This document shows positions 1 to 8,911 of a DNA stretch of 30,265 nucleotides, piece after piece. Source of the DNA: Candidatus Undinarchaeota archaeon. Its GTDB lineage: Archaea > SpSt-1190. The notes under the pieces were generated by a model that was not told the origin of the DNA, made no database searches, and saw nothing but the letters and a program-made list of their open reading frames with translations. The stretch spans positions 1-30,265 of the forward strand of contig CAZJUS010000008.1 in NCBI GenBank assembly GCA_964549355.1, in the 5' to 3' direction. Positions within the stretch are counted from its first letter, which is position 1. Every line of letters begins with the position of its first letter. A program made the translations under genes and the position numbers.

Positions 1-1186
1 TTGAGCTGCATTCCTTCATTTCCTCCAAATTTCTGAACCAATAGGAAACCCCCAAATCTTCAAAAAATGAAGCTAGGTTGTTCTCAGACAGTGAATCATC
101 TATAACGTTTGAATAGTTGTTGTAGACTTTATTAAACACTTTACTATAATTTTTAAACCACGCTGTCATACACTCGTATACATCAGGCATCCTACTATTT
201 CTTTCTTGAGTTTTTTTAAGAGGAGGATCAAGAAGTCCCAACGGTTCCTGCATCATATAAACTACTGTAGAAAATTTTAGAGGGACTTCTTCTGAAAATT
301 TTTTTGGCTCCTCAACCTCAGTGAAGCGGTAAGAGTAAGAATTATTGTTTTTCAGAAGTGTTTCAAAATAAACCATTCTGTTGCCTTCGCGAAAGGCAAC
401 ATAATTTTTGCCGTCTTTTTTGTTTTTGTAAAGACCAAGCTTAAGATCAACTTTATCTTTTTCAACAAGATTTGCAAAAGCCAGAAAATCAGAAAGATAA
501 TCCAAAAAGTTAATTGCAAGCGCTTCGTAGGTTGATAACCCCATCAGCCTCTTGATGACTTCCTTCGATTGAAAATCATAAAAAGGAAAAATCGAACAGC
601 CTGATATTTGTATATTAAGCTCCCGCCGGGCAGCATGTAAATTAAAAAAATTTTTTTTGATTTCCTCCATTTTACAAACAATAGCGTATTCATTGGGTTC
701 ACATCCAAACTCCGATGCAAGAAAATTGATTTTCTGTTCATCTATCTTATTCTCAGGATTCATTTGTGTTTTCAAAATCAAATACGCCAAAAATTCTGCA
801 GGTCTTTTTCCCTTTGCACTTTCAATAAAAAGGTTCCACAAAACATCATCCAAAGTATACATATAAAATATTGATAAAAAATCAAGAGGATCTTCAATCA
901 AAAAATGTTGGTGTAAATCCCTTTCAAGGAAGGCCGCACCTTTTCGTCTGAATTCATCAATCACAGACAGTTTGTAATCACCAACATCATCAAATTGAAA
1001 ACCTATTTTGAAATCTTTAATAGGAATGTAATAGGTTGAATTTCCTTCTTTTACTTCAAATTTCTCTGATAGTATTAGGTTTGGAATATTTTTAACATCA
1101 ATATCAAGAAGATACAAAGGCGTGCCCCAAAGAACATTGATTAACGGAATGCTCCTTGATTTCTTTTTTGCAATCCGATGTCTCAT
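1..1186 (-). CDS. Hypothetical protein, partial (>=395 aa, runs off the window edge), AT-rich
   Basis: Hand translation from the ATG at 1186 (MRHRIAKKKSRSIPLINVLWG...NLEEMKECSS) stays open to position 2. It is absent from the ORF track, presumably because the stop lies outside the window. TATA-like ATTTAAAAAT about 20 nt upstream. Confidence 0.8.
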   Translation of the reverse strand, partial: MRHRIAKKKSRSIPLINVLWGTPLYLLDIDVKNIPNLILSEKFEVKEGNSTYYIPIKDFKIGFQFDDVGDYKLSVIDEFRRKGAAFLERDLHQHFLIEDPLDFLSIFYMYTLDDVLWNLFIESAKGKRPAEFLAYLILKTQMNPENKIDEQKINFLASEFGCEPNEYAIVCKMEEIKKNFFNLHAARRELNIQISGCSIFPFYDFQSKEVIKRLMGLSTYEALAINFLDYLSDFLAFANLVEKDKVDLKLGLYKNKKDGKNYVAFREGNRMVYFETLLKNNNSYSYRFTEVEEPKKFSEEVPLKFSTVVYMMQEPLGLLDPPLKKTQERNSRMPDVYECMTAWFKNYSKVFNKVYNNYSNVIDDSLSENNLASFFEDLGVSYWFRNLEEMKECSS

Positions 1187-1273
1187 TTAATATGTTCCAA
1201 AAGAATTTAAAAATAAAGGGGTCGATTGAACCTTTTACATTATAACATATAAACATCCTCAAAAAGTCTGAAT

Positions 1274-1894
1274 GTGCCAAAAATATTGGGGATCGATGAG
1301 GCAGGCAGGGGGCCCGTAATCGGCCCGCTTGTGATGGTGGGCTTTCTGCTGGAGGAAGGGAAGCTCGGCGAGCTGGCCAAGCTGGGCGTCAGGGACTCAA
1401 AACAGCTGACGGCGGCGAAAAGGGAGGAGCTGGAGCCGAAAATCCGGGGGCTCGGCGAGGTCTTCATGGAAATTGTGCATCCATGGCAGATTGATGCAGA
1501 AAATCTCAACATCCTGGAACGCAAAGCAGCCAAGCGGATTATTTCAGCTGCCAAACCTGACAAAGCTTTCATAGATGCCTTTGAAAGAAAGCTCGACAAA
1601 AAACTGCAGTTTCAGGGGGTTAAAATTATTGCAGAGTACAAAGCGGACGATAAATACCCGATTGTGGGCGCTGCGAGCATAGTGGCCAAAGTCCACAGGG
1701 ACAATGCAATAAAAGCCCTGGCCGAGAAATACGGCAGGATGGGGTCGGGATACCCAAGCGATCCGGAGACCCGCAGGTTCGTTGAGGCGTGGATAAAAAC
1801 CAACAAGACCATCCCGGAATTTGTGAGGAAGAGCTGGGGCACCACCCGGGGGATAGTCGAAAAGGCCGAGCAGAAATCGCTTGCAGATTTTTAG
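1274..1894 (+). CDS. rnhB: Ribonuclease HII
   Basis: GIDEAGRGPVIGPLV, DSKQL, KADDKYPIVGAASIVAK, GSGYPSDP; C-terminal PIP-box QKSLADF. Confidence 0.97.
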   Translation: MPKILGIDEAGRGPVIGPLVMVGFLLEEGKLGELAKLGVRDSKQLTAAKREELEPKIRGLGEVFMEIVHPWQIDAENLNILERKAAKRIISAAKPDKAFIDAFERKLDKKLQFQGVKIIAEYKADDKYPIVGAASIVAKVHRDNAIKALAEKYGRMGSGYPSDPETRRFVEAWIKTNKTIPEFVRKSWGTTRGIVEKAEQKSLADF

Positions 1895-2319
1895 GACTGC
1901 ATATTTTTCGGCAGGCTGGAGTTGAGGGCGAGCAGCTCCCGCGAAACATAAAGGGGTATGCCTGTGCGGAGCGACAGGGCGATGCAGAAGCTGGCCCTTC
2001 CCGCCAGCCCCGCAGTGGTGCCGGAAATCATCGCATTGCAGATGGTGCCGGAGCCGTAGGGCAGAATCTCAAGGCGGGATATGCGGGACTCGTCCACCAT
2101 TCCGCTGAAAAAATCAAAGGGGTTGTCGGAGCTGTAGACTGATTTCTGCTCATATGGGGACAGGGGGACTTCGAGCTGGCCGCTCCTGCCCAGAAGCAGG
2201 GCGCCACCCTTTGTGGCGCGGATTTCAACAGCCTCGGTCCCTGAAGAAGGCGGGATGAGCGGCAGAAAAATCGCCATTATGGCCGCACTGACCAGCAGGA
2301 GGGTGATGAAAGGCTTCAC
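1891..2319 (-). CDS. Membrane-anchored or secreted DUF151/BFN (bifunctional nuclease)-like protein with degenerate motifs
   Basis: N-terminal hydrophobic helix (FITLLLVSAAIMAIFLPLI). RASFCIALSLRTGIPLYVSRELL matches the BFN consensus RPSDAIALALRxxxPIyV. GTG start at 2319 chosen from TATA spacing; the ORF track uses TTG 2337. Confidence 0.6.
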   Translation of the reverse strand: MKPFITLLLVSAAIMAIFLPLIPPSSGTEAVEIRATKGGALLLGRSGQLEVPLSPYEQKSVYSSDNPFDFFSGMVDESRISRLEILPYGSGTICNAMISGTTAGLAGRASFCIALSLRTGIPLYVSRELLALNSSLPKNMQS

Positions 2320-2339
2320 GTCTTTGTGAAGGCTCAAGG

Positions 2340-2349
2340 CTTTTAAAAG
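2340..2349. promoter_or_regulatory. Palindromic bidirectional TATA element (CTTTTAAAAG)
   Basis: Core TTTTAAAA lies 22 nt from GTG 2319 (-) and 22 nt from ATG 2370 (+). Confidence 0.65.
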
Positions 2350-2369
2350 TGGCGGGCCTTAGGGGATGA

Positions 2370-3914
2370 ATGCGGAAAACAAAAATTCTCATGACCATCG
2401 GCCCCGCATCAATGGCCCTGCTGGATGTGCTGGTGCCTAAGATTGACGCGGTAAGAATGAATTTCTCCCACGGGAGCCGTGCATCCCACAAAAAGGAAAT
2501 CAGGGAGGTGCGCAGGCGCTCAGACAGCATCCCCCTAATCCTCGACACTGCCGGGCCGGAAATCAGAGTCCTTGAAGCCTTCCGCATCGACAGCAGGGGT
2601 GTGGACCCTGCCGGCCTGAAAACCACTGTGCCACTGGAGCCGGAGGAGGGGGACGTGCTCCTGCTGGACGACGGCAGATACACTGCAAGGATGACCAAAA
2701 AAGGGCTGGTATGCCCCCGGGGCGTCGAAATCAGGAAAGGCGCCAAAATCATCATAAAAAACAAAGACATCGGTATGCCCACCATAACTGAAAAGGACTT
2801 GAAGGACATAGAGTTTGGAGTCGGGGAGGGGGTCGACGCCGTTGCAGTTTCTTTTGTCAGGTCGGTCGACGACGTCCTTGAAGTCAACGGCATACTGAAC
2901 GGACTCGGCGCCAATGATGTGGACGTCATTGCCAAAATTGAACATTGGAAAGCCCTGGAGGATGTCCGGAGGATCATCAAAGCCAGCAACGGAGTCATGG
3001 TGGCGAGGGGGGACCTGGCGCTGGAAATCCCCTATCAAAAAGTGCCCACAGTGCAGAAGAAGCTGCTGGACTTGTGCTGGGATATGAAAAGGACCGGGAT
3101 TGTGGCAACCCAGATGCTCCACAGCATGCTGGAGCAGACCACGGCGACGAGGGCCGAGCTGAGCGACATAGCCAACGCAGTGCTCGACGGCGCGGACGCA
3201 TTGATGCTCAGCGGGGAGACCGCCATAGGCAGGCACCCTGTCGAGGCGGTGGATGTCATGTCCAAAGTGATTGAAGAGGCAGAAAAATCAATCAGATGCC
3301 GTTTCAGGCCGGCCAGCACCTCGGAAGAGATGGCCTTCAGCGCCAAAAAAATCGCCGAGCGGATTGGGGCCCAGATATTCTGCAGCACCAACACCGGCAG
3401 GAGCGTCAGGATAATCACCAAATTCAGGCCAAGGACACCCATATACATCAACGCGTCCTCCAAACGGCTTACCAGACAGCTCCGGCTGGTCTGGGGCGTG
3501 CAGGAGGGGCGGCCGGGGGAAGGCTTCATCGTCCATGTAAAGCATCTGACCGAAACCCCCGGGACCTACGTCGAATACAAAGGGGACATAATCGCCCGGG
3601 GGGAGAGCTATGGAACCGGCATGGTGATGGGAACTGTAGGCAAAGGCATACAGTCGCTCGACAGAAGGAGCAAGGGGCTGCCGGAAAATGTGCTGGCAGT
3701 TGTTTATCGCGGGGAGGAAAACGACCCTATCATGAGGCAGTGCATAGAAAAAGAAATTCCAGTAATACTCTTGGACCAAAAAATCGAGGAAGGCCGGCAG
3801 GTGGTGCTGGATTTTGAGTTCGGGCTTGTCCTGCCCTACAAAAAAGGAGAAAAGTATTCACACCTGCTGAACCGCTTTCCGCAATTGCTCGGAAAAAAAT
3901 ACGACTCAGTTTAA
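2370..3914 (+). CDS. pyk: Pyruvate kinase with C-terminal degenerate PEP-utiliser swivel domain
   Basis: KTKILMTIGPAS, RMNFSHG, DTAGPEIR, IAKIE, MVARGDL, ATQMLHSM, RAELSDIANAVLDGADALMLSGETA. Confidence 0.96.
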   Translation: MRKTKILMTIGPASMALLDVLVPKIDAVRMNFSHGSRASHKKEIREVRRRSDSIPLILDTAGPEIRVLEAFRIDSRGVDPAGLKTTVPLEPEEGDVLLLDDGRYTARMTKKGLVCPRGVEIRKGAKIIIKNKDIGMPTITEKDLKDIEFGVGEGVDAVAVSFVRSVDDVLEVNGILNGLGANDVDVIAKIEHWKALEDVRRIIKASNGVMVARGDLALEIPYQKVPTVQKKLLDLCWDMKRTGIVATQMLHSMLEQTTATRAELSDIANAVLDGADALMLSGETAIGRHPVEAVDVMSKVIEEAEKSIRCRFRPASTSEEMAFSAKKIAERIGAQIFCSTNTGRSVRIITKFRPRTPIYINASSKRLTRQLRLVWGVQEGRPGEGFIVHVKHLTETPGTYVEYKGDIIARGESYGTGMVMGTVGKGIQSLDRRSKGLPENVLAVVYRGEENDPIMRQCIEKEIPVILLDQKIEEGRQVVLDFEFGLVLPYKKGEKYSHLLNRFPQLLGKKYDSV

Positions 3915-5975
3915 GCGGGAAGCTATAATGCCTATTATTTTCCTCAGCTCATCATAAGATTCGCCGGCAGTGAACCTTTCAACTTCAGACCAGTCTTTTT
4001 TCTGCAGGACCTTCAAAACAACAAGCCGTTCTTGTTCTCGGGACAAGTAATGGTCGCCGGTCAAAAAATAATACCACACCAAACCATAGGCAATATCAGC
4101 ATCCATTTCGTAAAAGTGCCGGCCTTCCAAAAACAACTGCAATCGTTTCATTTCAAGTGCATCCATATTCACCTCAACCTGATGGACAGGGCCCTTCAAA
4201 AGTTCAAGAACGGTATCAACATCCATATCCCGATAAACATCCGAAAGGCTGACAAGGAATTTTGAAAAAAACTGCCCATGGGCAAGACTAAATATGTGCC
4301 TGCTTTTGCCTGTCAAAGCCTTGGCCATGACCACTGAAAACTCCCCGCTGACCTCATTCCTCTTCGGACTGACTGCAACAGGAATCATGCCGTTTCTGGC
4401 CCAAAACCGTACCAGGGGCGCTGAAGCCCCGAAGACAGCCCCCAGCCAGTCCTGTGCCTTGGACTGCAGCTCCCCAAGCGCAAAGCTCCCGATTCCCCTG
4501 CCCTGAAGCTCAGGATGCACTGCAATCCTGACCACGCGGACGCCTTTCAGACTAAAAGCTTCTGCGAGGCCGTAGTGCTTGCTCAATATGTCCGGGACTA
4601 TGTTGCCCTCGGCAGGTCCTTCCTCCAGCTCAGACGGGGCCACACCCCCTTCATAGCAAAAGTGAACAGCACCAACGACCTTTCCGTTTTCATTGGTGAT
4701 AATTTGCGGGAAATGGTGTGGTGCATCGGCCAAAGTGAATAAATCATTTGGAGTATTTTTGTAGTGCGCCGAAACCAGAAGGCCGAACATAGAACGCAGT
4801 TTCTCATCATCTCTGAACAAATCTTTTGGAATTGGAAATTCACTTTTCAATCCCTTCCAACTTTTTGCCTGTGAATCCGGTTCGGCATCAAGAAGCAAGG
4901 AGTCAAACAGCCATTTTTCAATCGGGTCGCCAAGGCCGTATCTGACGGGCTCAACCATTGTGAATTTGCTGAAATTCTCAAGACATTCCACAAAACGCAG
5001 AGCAAAAGTCCTGCCCGCCCCTTCATAGCCGTGCACTGTCGTGCTGAAAACGGAGGGGAGTGTCGCCGAAAGCTTCCTCAAAACTGGAAGGGGGATTCCG
5101 GCAGCCTCATCAACAATAAGCATGTCGCACTTCCTGCCAACCGCAGTTTTTGGGGGGAGATACTGCACTTTGATTCTTTTTCCAATAAGCAGGTCCGGGG
5201 TCTTGTAGGAATAAGGCACTTTCAGCTTCCTCAGCCCTTTCTCCAGGAATTCGAAGAAAGTCGCAAGGCTTTCTCTTGCAGGGGAAGTCACGATTATATC
5301 CGGCTTCCTGTCCTCATGGCGCATGGCCGCCACCGCGAGGCCCAGCGCTGCAGTCTTGCCCCTTCCTCTGTCTGCCGTCAGGACCAGCCTGCTGCCGGAA
5401 AGCTTGGCAATCTTCTGCACGGCTTCCAGTTGTTCTGAAGTTTTCGCCATTCCAAGAATAGGATGGGCAGGAGGAGTGAATCTGGGAGGCTTTGGCATAT
5501 CATCCGGTTCAACGCTTTCCTTTTCCCATCTGCCTTTTCTGTGAATCCAAATGCCTTCATGCTCATATAATTTTTTCACGAGGCGCGGTATGAAAAGTGA
5601 ACGGGCATCTGCAAGTTTGTAAGGCGGGATGATGAGTCTTTTGTGCTGGCTGAGTTTGGCAAAAACCCAGTCCTCAAATTTCGGGGTCAGCATAATGATG
5701 ATTCCTCCCCCGCGGACTGCAGGAATTAATTTCCCCAAGTCGTTGGCGTTGAAGGAGCCCCGCAGGTCGAGGAGAAGATTGTCGATGGTCCTGCCCATGA
5801 CCCGGTCCGTGTTGCTCATCTCCAAAAATTCCAGCCCCGTCGGGGTCTCATCCCATCCAACATAAAGCCCGGACTTGAGCTGTTTGGCCCACCCAAAAGC
5901 AAGGCTGGCGTCATCTGTCACCAGCATTCTCCTCTGGCGCCCCTTGCGGGCGGCTTGGACCGCAGTGCCGAGCAC
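3906..5975 (-). CDS. tmcA: tRNA(Met)/RNA cytidine acetyltransferase TmcA/Nat10
   Basis: VRGGG (DUF1726), Walker A TADRGRGKT, VDEAA, STTVHGYEGAGR, AHYKNTPNDL, GNAT motif RIAVHPELQGRGIG. Start moved to GTG 5975 because the ORF-track extension to 6356 overlaps glyS. Confidence 0.93.
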   Translation of the reverse strand: MLGTAVQAARKGRQRRMLVTDDASLAFGWAKQLKSGLYVGWDETPTGLEFLEMSNTDRVMGRTIDNLLLDLRGSFNANDLGKLIPAVRGGGIIIMLTPKFEDWVFAKLSQHKRLIIPPYKLADARSLFIPRLVKKLYEHEGIWIHRKGRWEKESVEPDDMPKPPRFTPPAHPILGMAKTSEQLEAVQKIAKLSGSRLVLTADRGRGKTAALGLAVAAMRHEDRKPDIIVTSPARESLATFFEFLEKGLRKLKVPYSYKTPDLLIGKRIKVQYLPPKTAVGRKCDMLIVDEAAGIPLPVLRKLSATLPSVFSTTVHGYEGAGRTFALRFVECLENFSKFTMVEPVRYGLGDPIEKWLFDSLLLDAEPDSQAKSWKGLKSEFPIPKDLFRDDEKLRSMFGLLVSAHYKNTPNDLFTLADAPHHFPQIITNENGKVVGAVHFCYEGGVAPSELEEGPAEGNIVPDILSKHYGLAEAFSLKGVRVVRIAVHPELQGRGIGSFALGELQSKAQDWLGAVFGASAPLVRFWARNGMIPVAVSPKRNEVSGEFSVVMAKALTGKSRHIFSLAHGQFFSKFLVSLSDVYRDMDVDTVLELLKGPVHQVEVNMDALEMKRLQLFLEGRHFYEMDADIAYGLVWYYFLTGDHYLSREQERLVVLKVLQKKDWSEVERFTAGESYDELRKIIGIIASRLN

Positions 5976-5995
5976 ATAATTGTTTGGAAATAAGT

Positions 5996-6003
5996 CTTTT
6001 AAG
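5996..6003. promoter_or_regulatory. Bidirectional TATA element (CTTTTAAG) for tmcA/glyS
   Basis: 21 nt from GTG 5975 (-) and 21 nt from ATG 6024 (+). Confidence 0.6.
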
Positions 6004-6023
6004 CATTTGCACATAAAAAATGC

Positions 6024-7514
6024 ATGAAATCGGAGGTTGCCACAGCGATGCAGAAGTTTTTGATGGAGAAAGGCTTCATCTTCCCAACCGCAGAGATATA
6101 CGGCGGGATGGCCGGCTTCTTCGATTACGGGCCGTTGGGCACTGAAATCAAACGGGCTGTAAAGGAGCTGTGGTGGAAAACGTGGGTCAGCGGAAGGCAG
6201 GACATAATCGGCATGGACGGAAGCATAATCACCAATCCAAAAGTCTGGGAGTCCAGCGGACACCTGGATATATTCCATGACCCCCTTGTTGAATGCTCCA
6301 ACTGCAGGGGCAGGTTCAGAGCAGACAGCCTGCTTGAGAAAAAAGTGAAGGGGCAACTGGACGGCCTTTCATTGGAAGACTACGCAAAATTGATTGAAGA
6401 GTATAAAGTAAAATGCCCAGTATGCGGTGGAAAGCTCGGGGCGCCCAAATGGTTCGGCCTGATGTTCCGGACAGAAGTCGGCTCTGTGAATGGAAACACC
6501 GCATACCTTCGGCCTGAAACCGCCCAGCTGATTTTTGTGAATTTCAACCGGATTGTGAAAACCAGCAGGGCAACTCTGCCGTTCGGAATAGCAACCATGG
6601 GCAGGGTCTTCAGAAACGAAATAAGCCCCCGGAACTTTGTGTTCAGATGCCGTGAATTCGAGCAGATGGAATTGGAATATTTTTTCAACCCGAAGCAGGA
6701 CTGCCCAAGCGGACTGCTTGAAAGCGTTGCAGACCTCAAGGTTCCCGTGCTGACCCGGGAGATTCAGGAAGCCGGCTCAAAGGCTGTCAAGATGCAGATA
6801 AAGGAGCTGGCAGGGAAGAAGCACACTTCAAGCTGGCATGCCTACTGGCTGGGCAAGAGCCTGGAATTTGTGATGTCCCTGGGCCTGGCGCCGGCCAAGC
6901 TCAGGCTGAGGCAGCATCTGGAGCAGGAGCTGAGCCACTACTCAAAGGACACGTGGGACATTGAATACCGGTATTCCTTCGGATGGAAGGAGCTGGCAGG
7001 CATAGCCGACCGCACGGATTACGACCTGCAACAGCACGCCAAGGCAAGCGGGGTTGATTTGAGCGTGGCCACGCCCGAGGGCGGCAAGCTGTATCCCCAT
7101 GTGATAGAGCCCAGCTTCGGCGTGGACAGGCTGGTCTTCGCCGTGGTTGAAGGCGCCTACCAGGTGGAGAAGCTGCCGGACGGAAAGCAAAGGCAGGTCA
7201 TGAAGCTCCCGGAAGCTGTCGCACCAGTGCAGGTTGCAGTCTTCCCTCTGGTCTCCAAGGACGGGATGCCTGAGGTCGGCAGGGAAATCTACAACATATT
7301 GAGGAAAAAACTGCGGACATTCTACGACGACAAAGGCTCAGTGGGCAGGAGATACCGCAGGCAGGATTCAGTCGGGACCCCTTTCTGCATAACCGTCGAC
7401 GGCCAGACCCTCAAGGACCGGACAGTCACCGTCCGCGAAAGGGACAGCATGAAGCAGACCAGGGTGAAAATCGCTGAAGTTGCCGGCTGGCTGGAGCGCC
7501 GGATGGAAGGATAG
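6024..7514 (+). CDS. glyS: Glycyl-tRNA synthetase (alpha2, archaeal/eukaryotic type)
   Basis: YGGMAGFFDYGPLG, LRPETAQ, FRNEISPR, REFEQMELEYF, HVIEPSFGVDR, anticodon domain GRRYRRQDSVGTPFCITVD. Confidence 0.97.
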   Translation: MKSEVATAMQKFLMEKGFIFPTAEIYGGMAGFFDYGPLGTEIKRAVKELWWKTWVSGRQDIIGMDGSIITNPKVWESSGHLDIFHDPLVECSNCRGRFRADSLLEKKVKGQLDGLSLEDYAKLIEEYKVKCPVCGGKLGAPKWFGLMFRTEVGSVNGNTAYLRPETAQLIFVNFNRIVKTSRATLPFGIATMGRVFRNEISPRNFVFRCREFEQMELEYFFNPKQDCPSGLLESVADLKVPVLTREIQEAGSKAVKMQIKELAGKKHTSSWHAYWLGKSLEFVMSLGLAPAKLRLRQHLEQELSHYSKDTWDIEYRYSFGWKELAGIADRTDYDLQQHAKASGVDLSVATPEGGKLYPHVIEPSFGVDRLVFAVVEGAYQVEKLPDGKQRQVMKLPEAVAPVQVAVFPLVSKDGMPEVGREIYNILRKKLRTFYDDKGSVGRRYRRQDSVGTPFCITVDGQTLKDRTVTVRERDSMKQTRVKIAEVAGWLERRMEG

Positions 7515-7520
7515 GCTCAT

Positions 7521-7530
7521 ATTTTTAAAG
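7521..7530 (+). promoter_or_regulatory. TATA box for rpoK
   Basis: ATTTTTAAAG about 22 nt upstream of ATG 7551. Confidence 0.5.
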
Positions 7531-7550
7531 GTTCAAAGCACCTCAAGAAC

Positions 7551-7766
7551 ATGCTTACCCGTTTTGAATACGCCAGAATTTTGGGCGCCAGGGCCCTCCA
7601 GCTTTCCATGGGCGCCCCTGTGCTGGTCAAGATACCAAAAACTGTCAATTCGGAGAATGTCCTTGAAGTCGCCAAGTATGAAATTTCAAAAAAGGCGGTC
7701 CCCCTGTCCGTCGTCCGCTTTTACCCTGACGGAAGGCGGGAAGTTGTTGGGGTGAAACAGTTTTGA
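7551..7766 (+). CDS. rpoK: DNA-directed RNA polymerase subunit K (Rpo6)
   Basis: LTRFEYARILGARALQLSMGAP signature. Confidence 0.95.
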   Translation: MLTRFEYARILGARALQLSMGAPVLVKIPKTVNSENVLEVAKYEISKKAVPLSVVRFYPDGRREVVGVKQF

Positions 7767-8911
7767 AGTTTTCGGACCGTGAAATCTACAGCGAAGAAAA
7801 ATTAATATTGAGCGTCGAGCTTGAGGCGGGCAAAATCAAAGTAGTCGACTCAAGCGTGGACTCCGGCTTTGGAATCAGGGTGTCCGACGGAAAAAAGATG
7901 GGCTTCGGCTTCGCCAATACAAAAGCAAAAGCTGAAGAGCTGGCAGGGAAATCAATGGTCCGCAGATTCTACGGCTTCCCTGCCCAGGGCCCGAAAGGCA
8001 GAGAAGTTTTCCATGAGGTCCCGATGGACCCTGAAGTCCTTGTAGCAAGGGTCAAGGAGATGGCGGGGCGGATGAATCCTGCCACATCAATAACCGCGTT
8101 TTCAGCAGTCATAAAAAGAAGCATCCAGAACAGCAACGGCATAGACTTTGAAGAGAAGCAGAGCTGGATCGGCTACAGCGCCTACACTGCTTCCGGAGGA
8201 AGCGAGGGGTGGGAGAGCTGGGAGGGGAGAGAGGACAAGCAGGGCAAATGGCTTGAAGTCGCCGAGAAGGCCCAGGAATGGTCAGACAAATGGAGGGGGG
8301 CCGGAAAGCGGGAGCTGAAAGGGCTGCCTGTCGTCTTGTCGGCCAGGGCTGCTTCATCCCTGCTCGGCCAGATGCTCCTGCCGAACATCAATGCCGAAAG
8401 GGCAATGCACGGCCAAACTGCATTGCAGATCGGAGGCGGTAGCGGAAACATAAAAATTGTGAATTCACAAAAACTGCACACGGCATCATTTGACGGGGAG
8501 GGAATTGCTCCAAAAACATTCACAGTTTTCGACAAAAATCTCAAGACATTTCTCCACAGTTTCTCGACTGCAAAGGAAATGGAGGCGGAGCCGACAGCCA
8601 ATGCAGGGAGGGATTGGAAAAGTTTTCCGGTGCCCAGCCCATTCGATTTGGAAGTCCTGGCCAAAAAATCAGATGCCCTTGAAAACTATGTTTTTGTGAA
8701 TGATTTGAGCGGAGTGCATACCGTGGATCCGACGGCGGGCAGATTTTCAGTTGAAGCGCACCAGGCTTTCATGATGCCTGATGAGGAGCCGGTCCAGCCG
8801 TTCATAATCAGCGGGAGCCTGGAAGGCCTGCTGGATTCCGAAGCAGTCGGAAGCCCGGAGCAGAGGGGGAGCTTTTATCTTCCGGGCCTGAAAATTGACG
8901 TAGTCATGTGA
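7763..8911 (+). CDS. pmbA: TldD/PmbA family protein, PmbA/TldE-like non-catalytic subunit
   Basis: GFGIRVSDGKKMGFGF, NSNG, SFDGEG, PTANAGR, SGVHTVDPTAGRFSVE; no HExxH; TTGA overlap with the rpoK stop. Confidence 0.8.
   Translation: MKFSDREIYSEEKLILSVELEAGKIKVVDSSVDSGFGIRVSDGKKMGFGFANTKAKAEELAGKSMVRRFYGFPAQGPKGREVFHEVPMDPEVLVARVKEMAGRMNPATSITAFSAVIKRSIQNSNGIDFEEKQSWIGYSAYTASGGSEGWESWEGREDKQGKWLEVAEKAQEWSDKWRGAGKRELKGLPVVLSARAASSLLGQMLLPNINAERAMHGQTALQIGGGSGNIKIVNSQKLHTASFDGEGIAPKTFTVFDKNLKTFLHSFSTAKEMEAEPTANAGRDWKSFPVPSPFDLEVLAKKSDALENYVFVNDLSGVHTVDPTAGRFSVEAHQAFMMPDEEPVQPFIISGSLEGLLDSEAVGSPEQRGSFYLPGLKIDVVM

Noticed and set aside
379..401. 9-bp hairpin TGTTGCCTT-cgcga-AAGGCAACA
   Set aside because: Inside a CDS, single copy, no adjacent U-tract; plausibly chance
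544..866. ORF-track calls 544..741 (-) and 657..866 (+)
   Set aside because: Both lie inside the long minus-strand ORF that starts at 1186
5976..6356. N-terminal extension of TmcA in the 816-aa ORF call
   Set aside because: Antisense overlap with glyS; TmcA homology begins near GTG 5975
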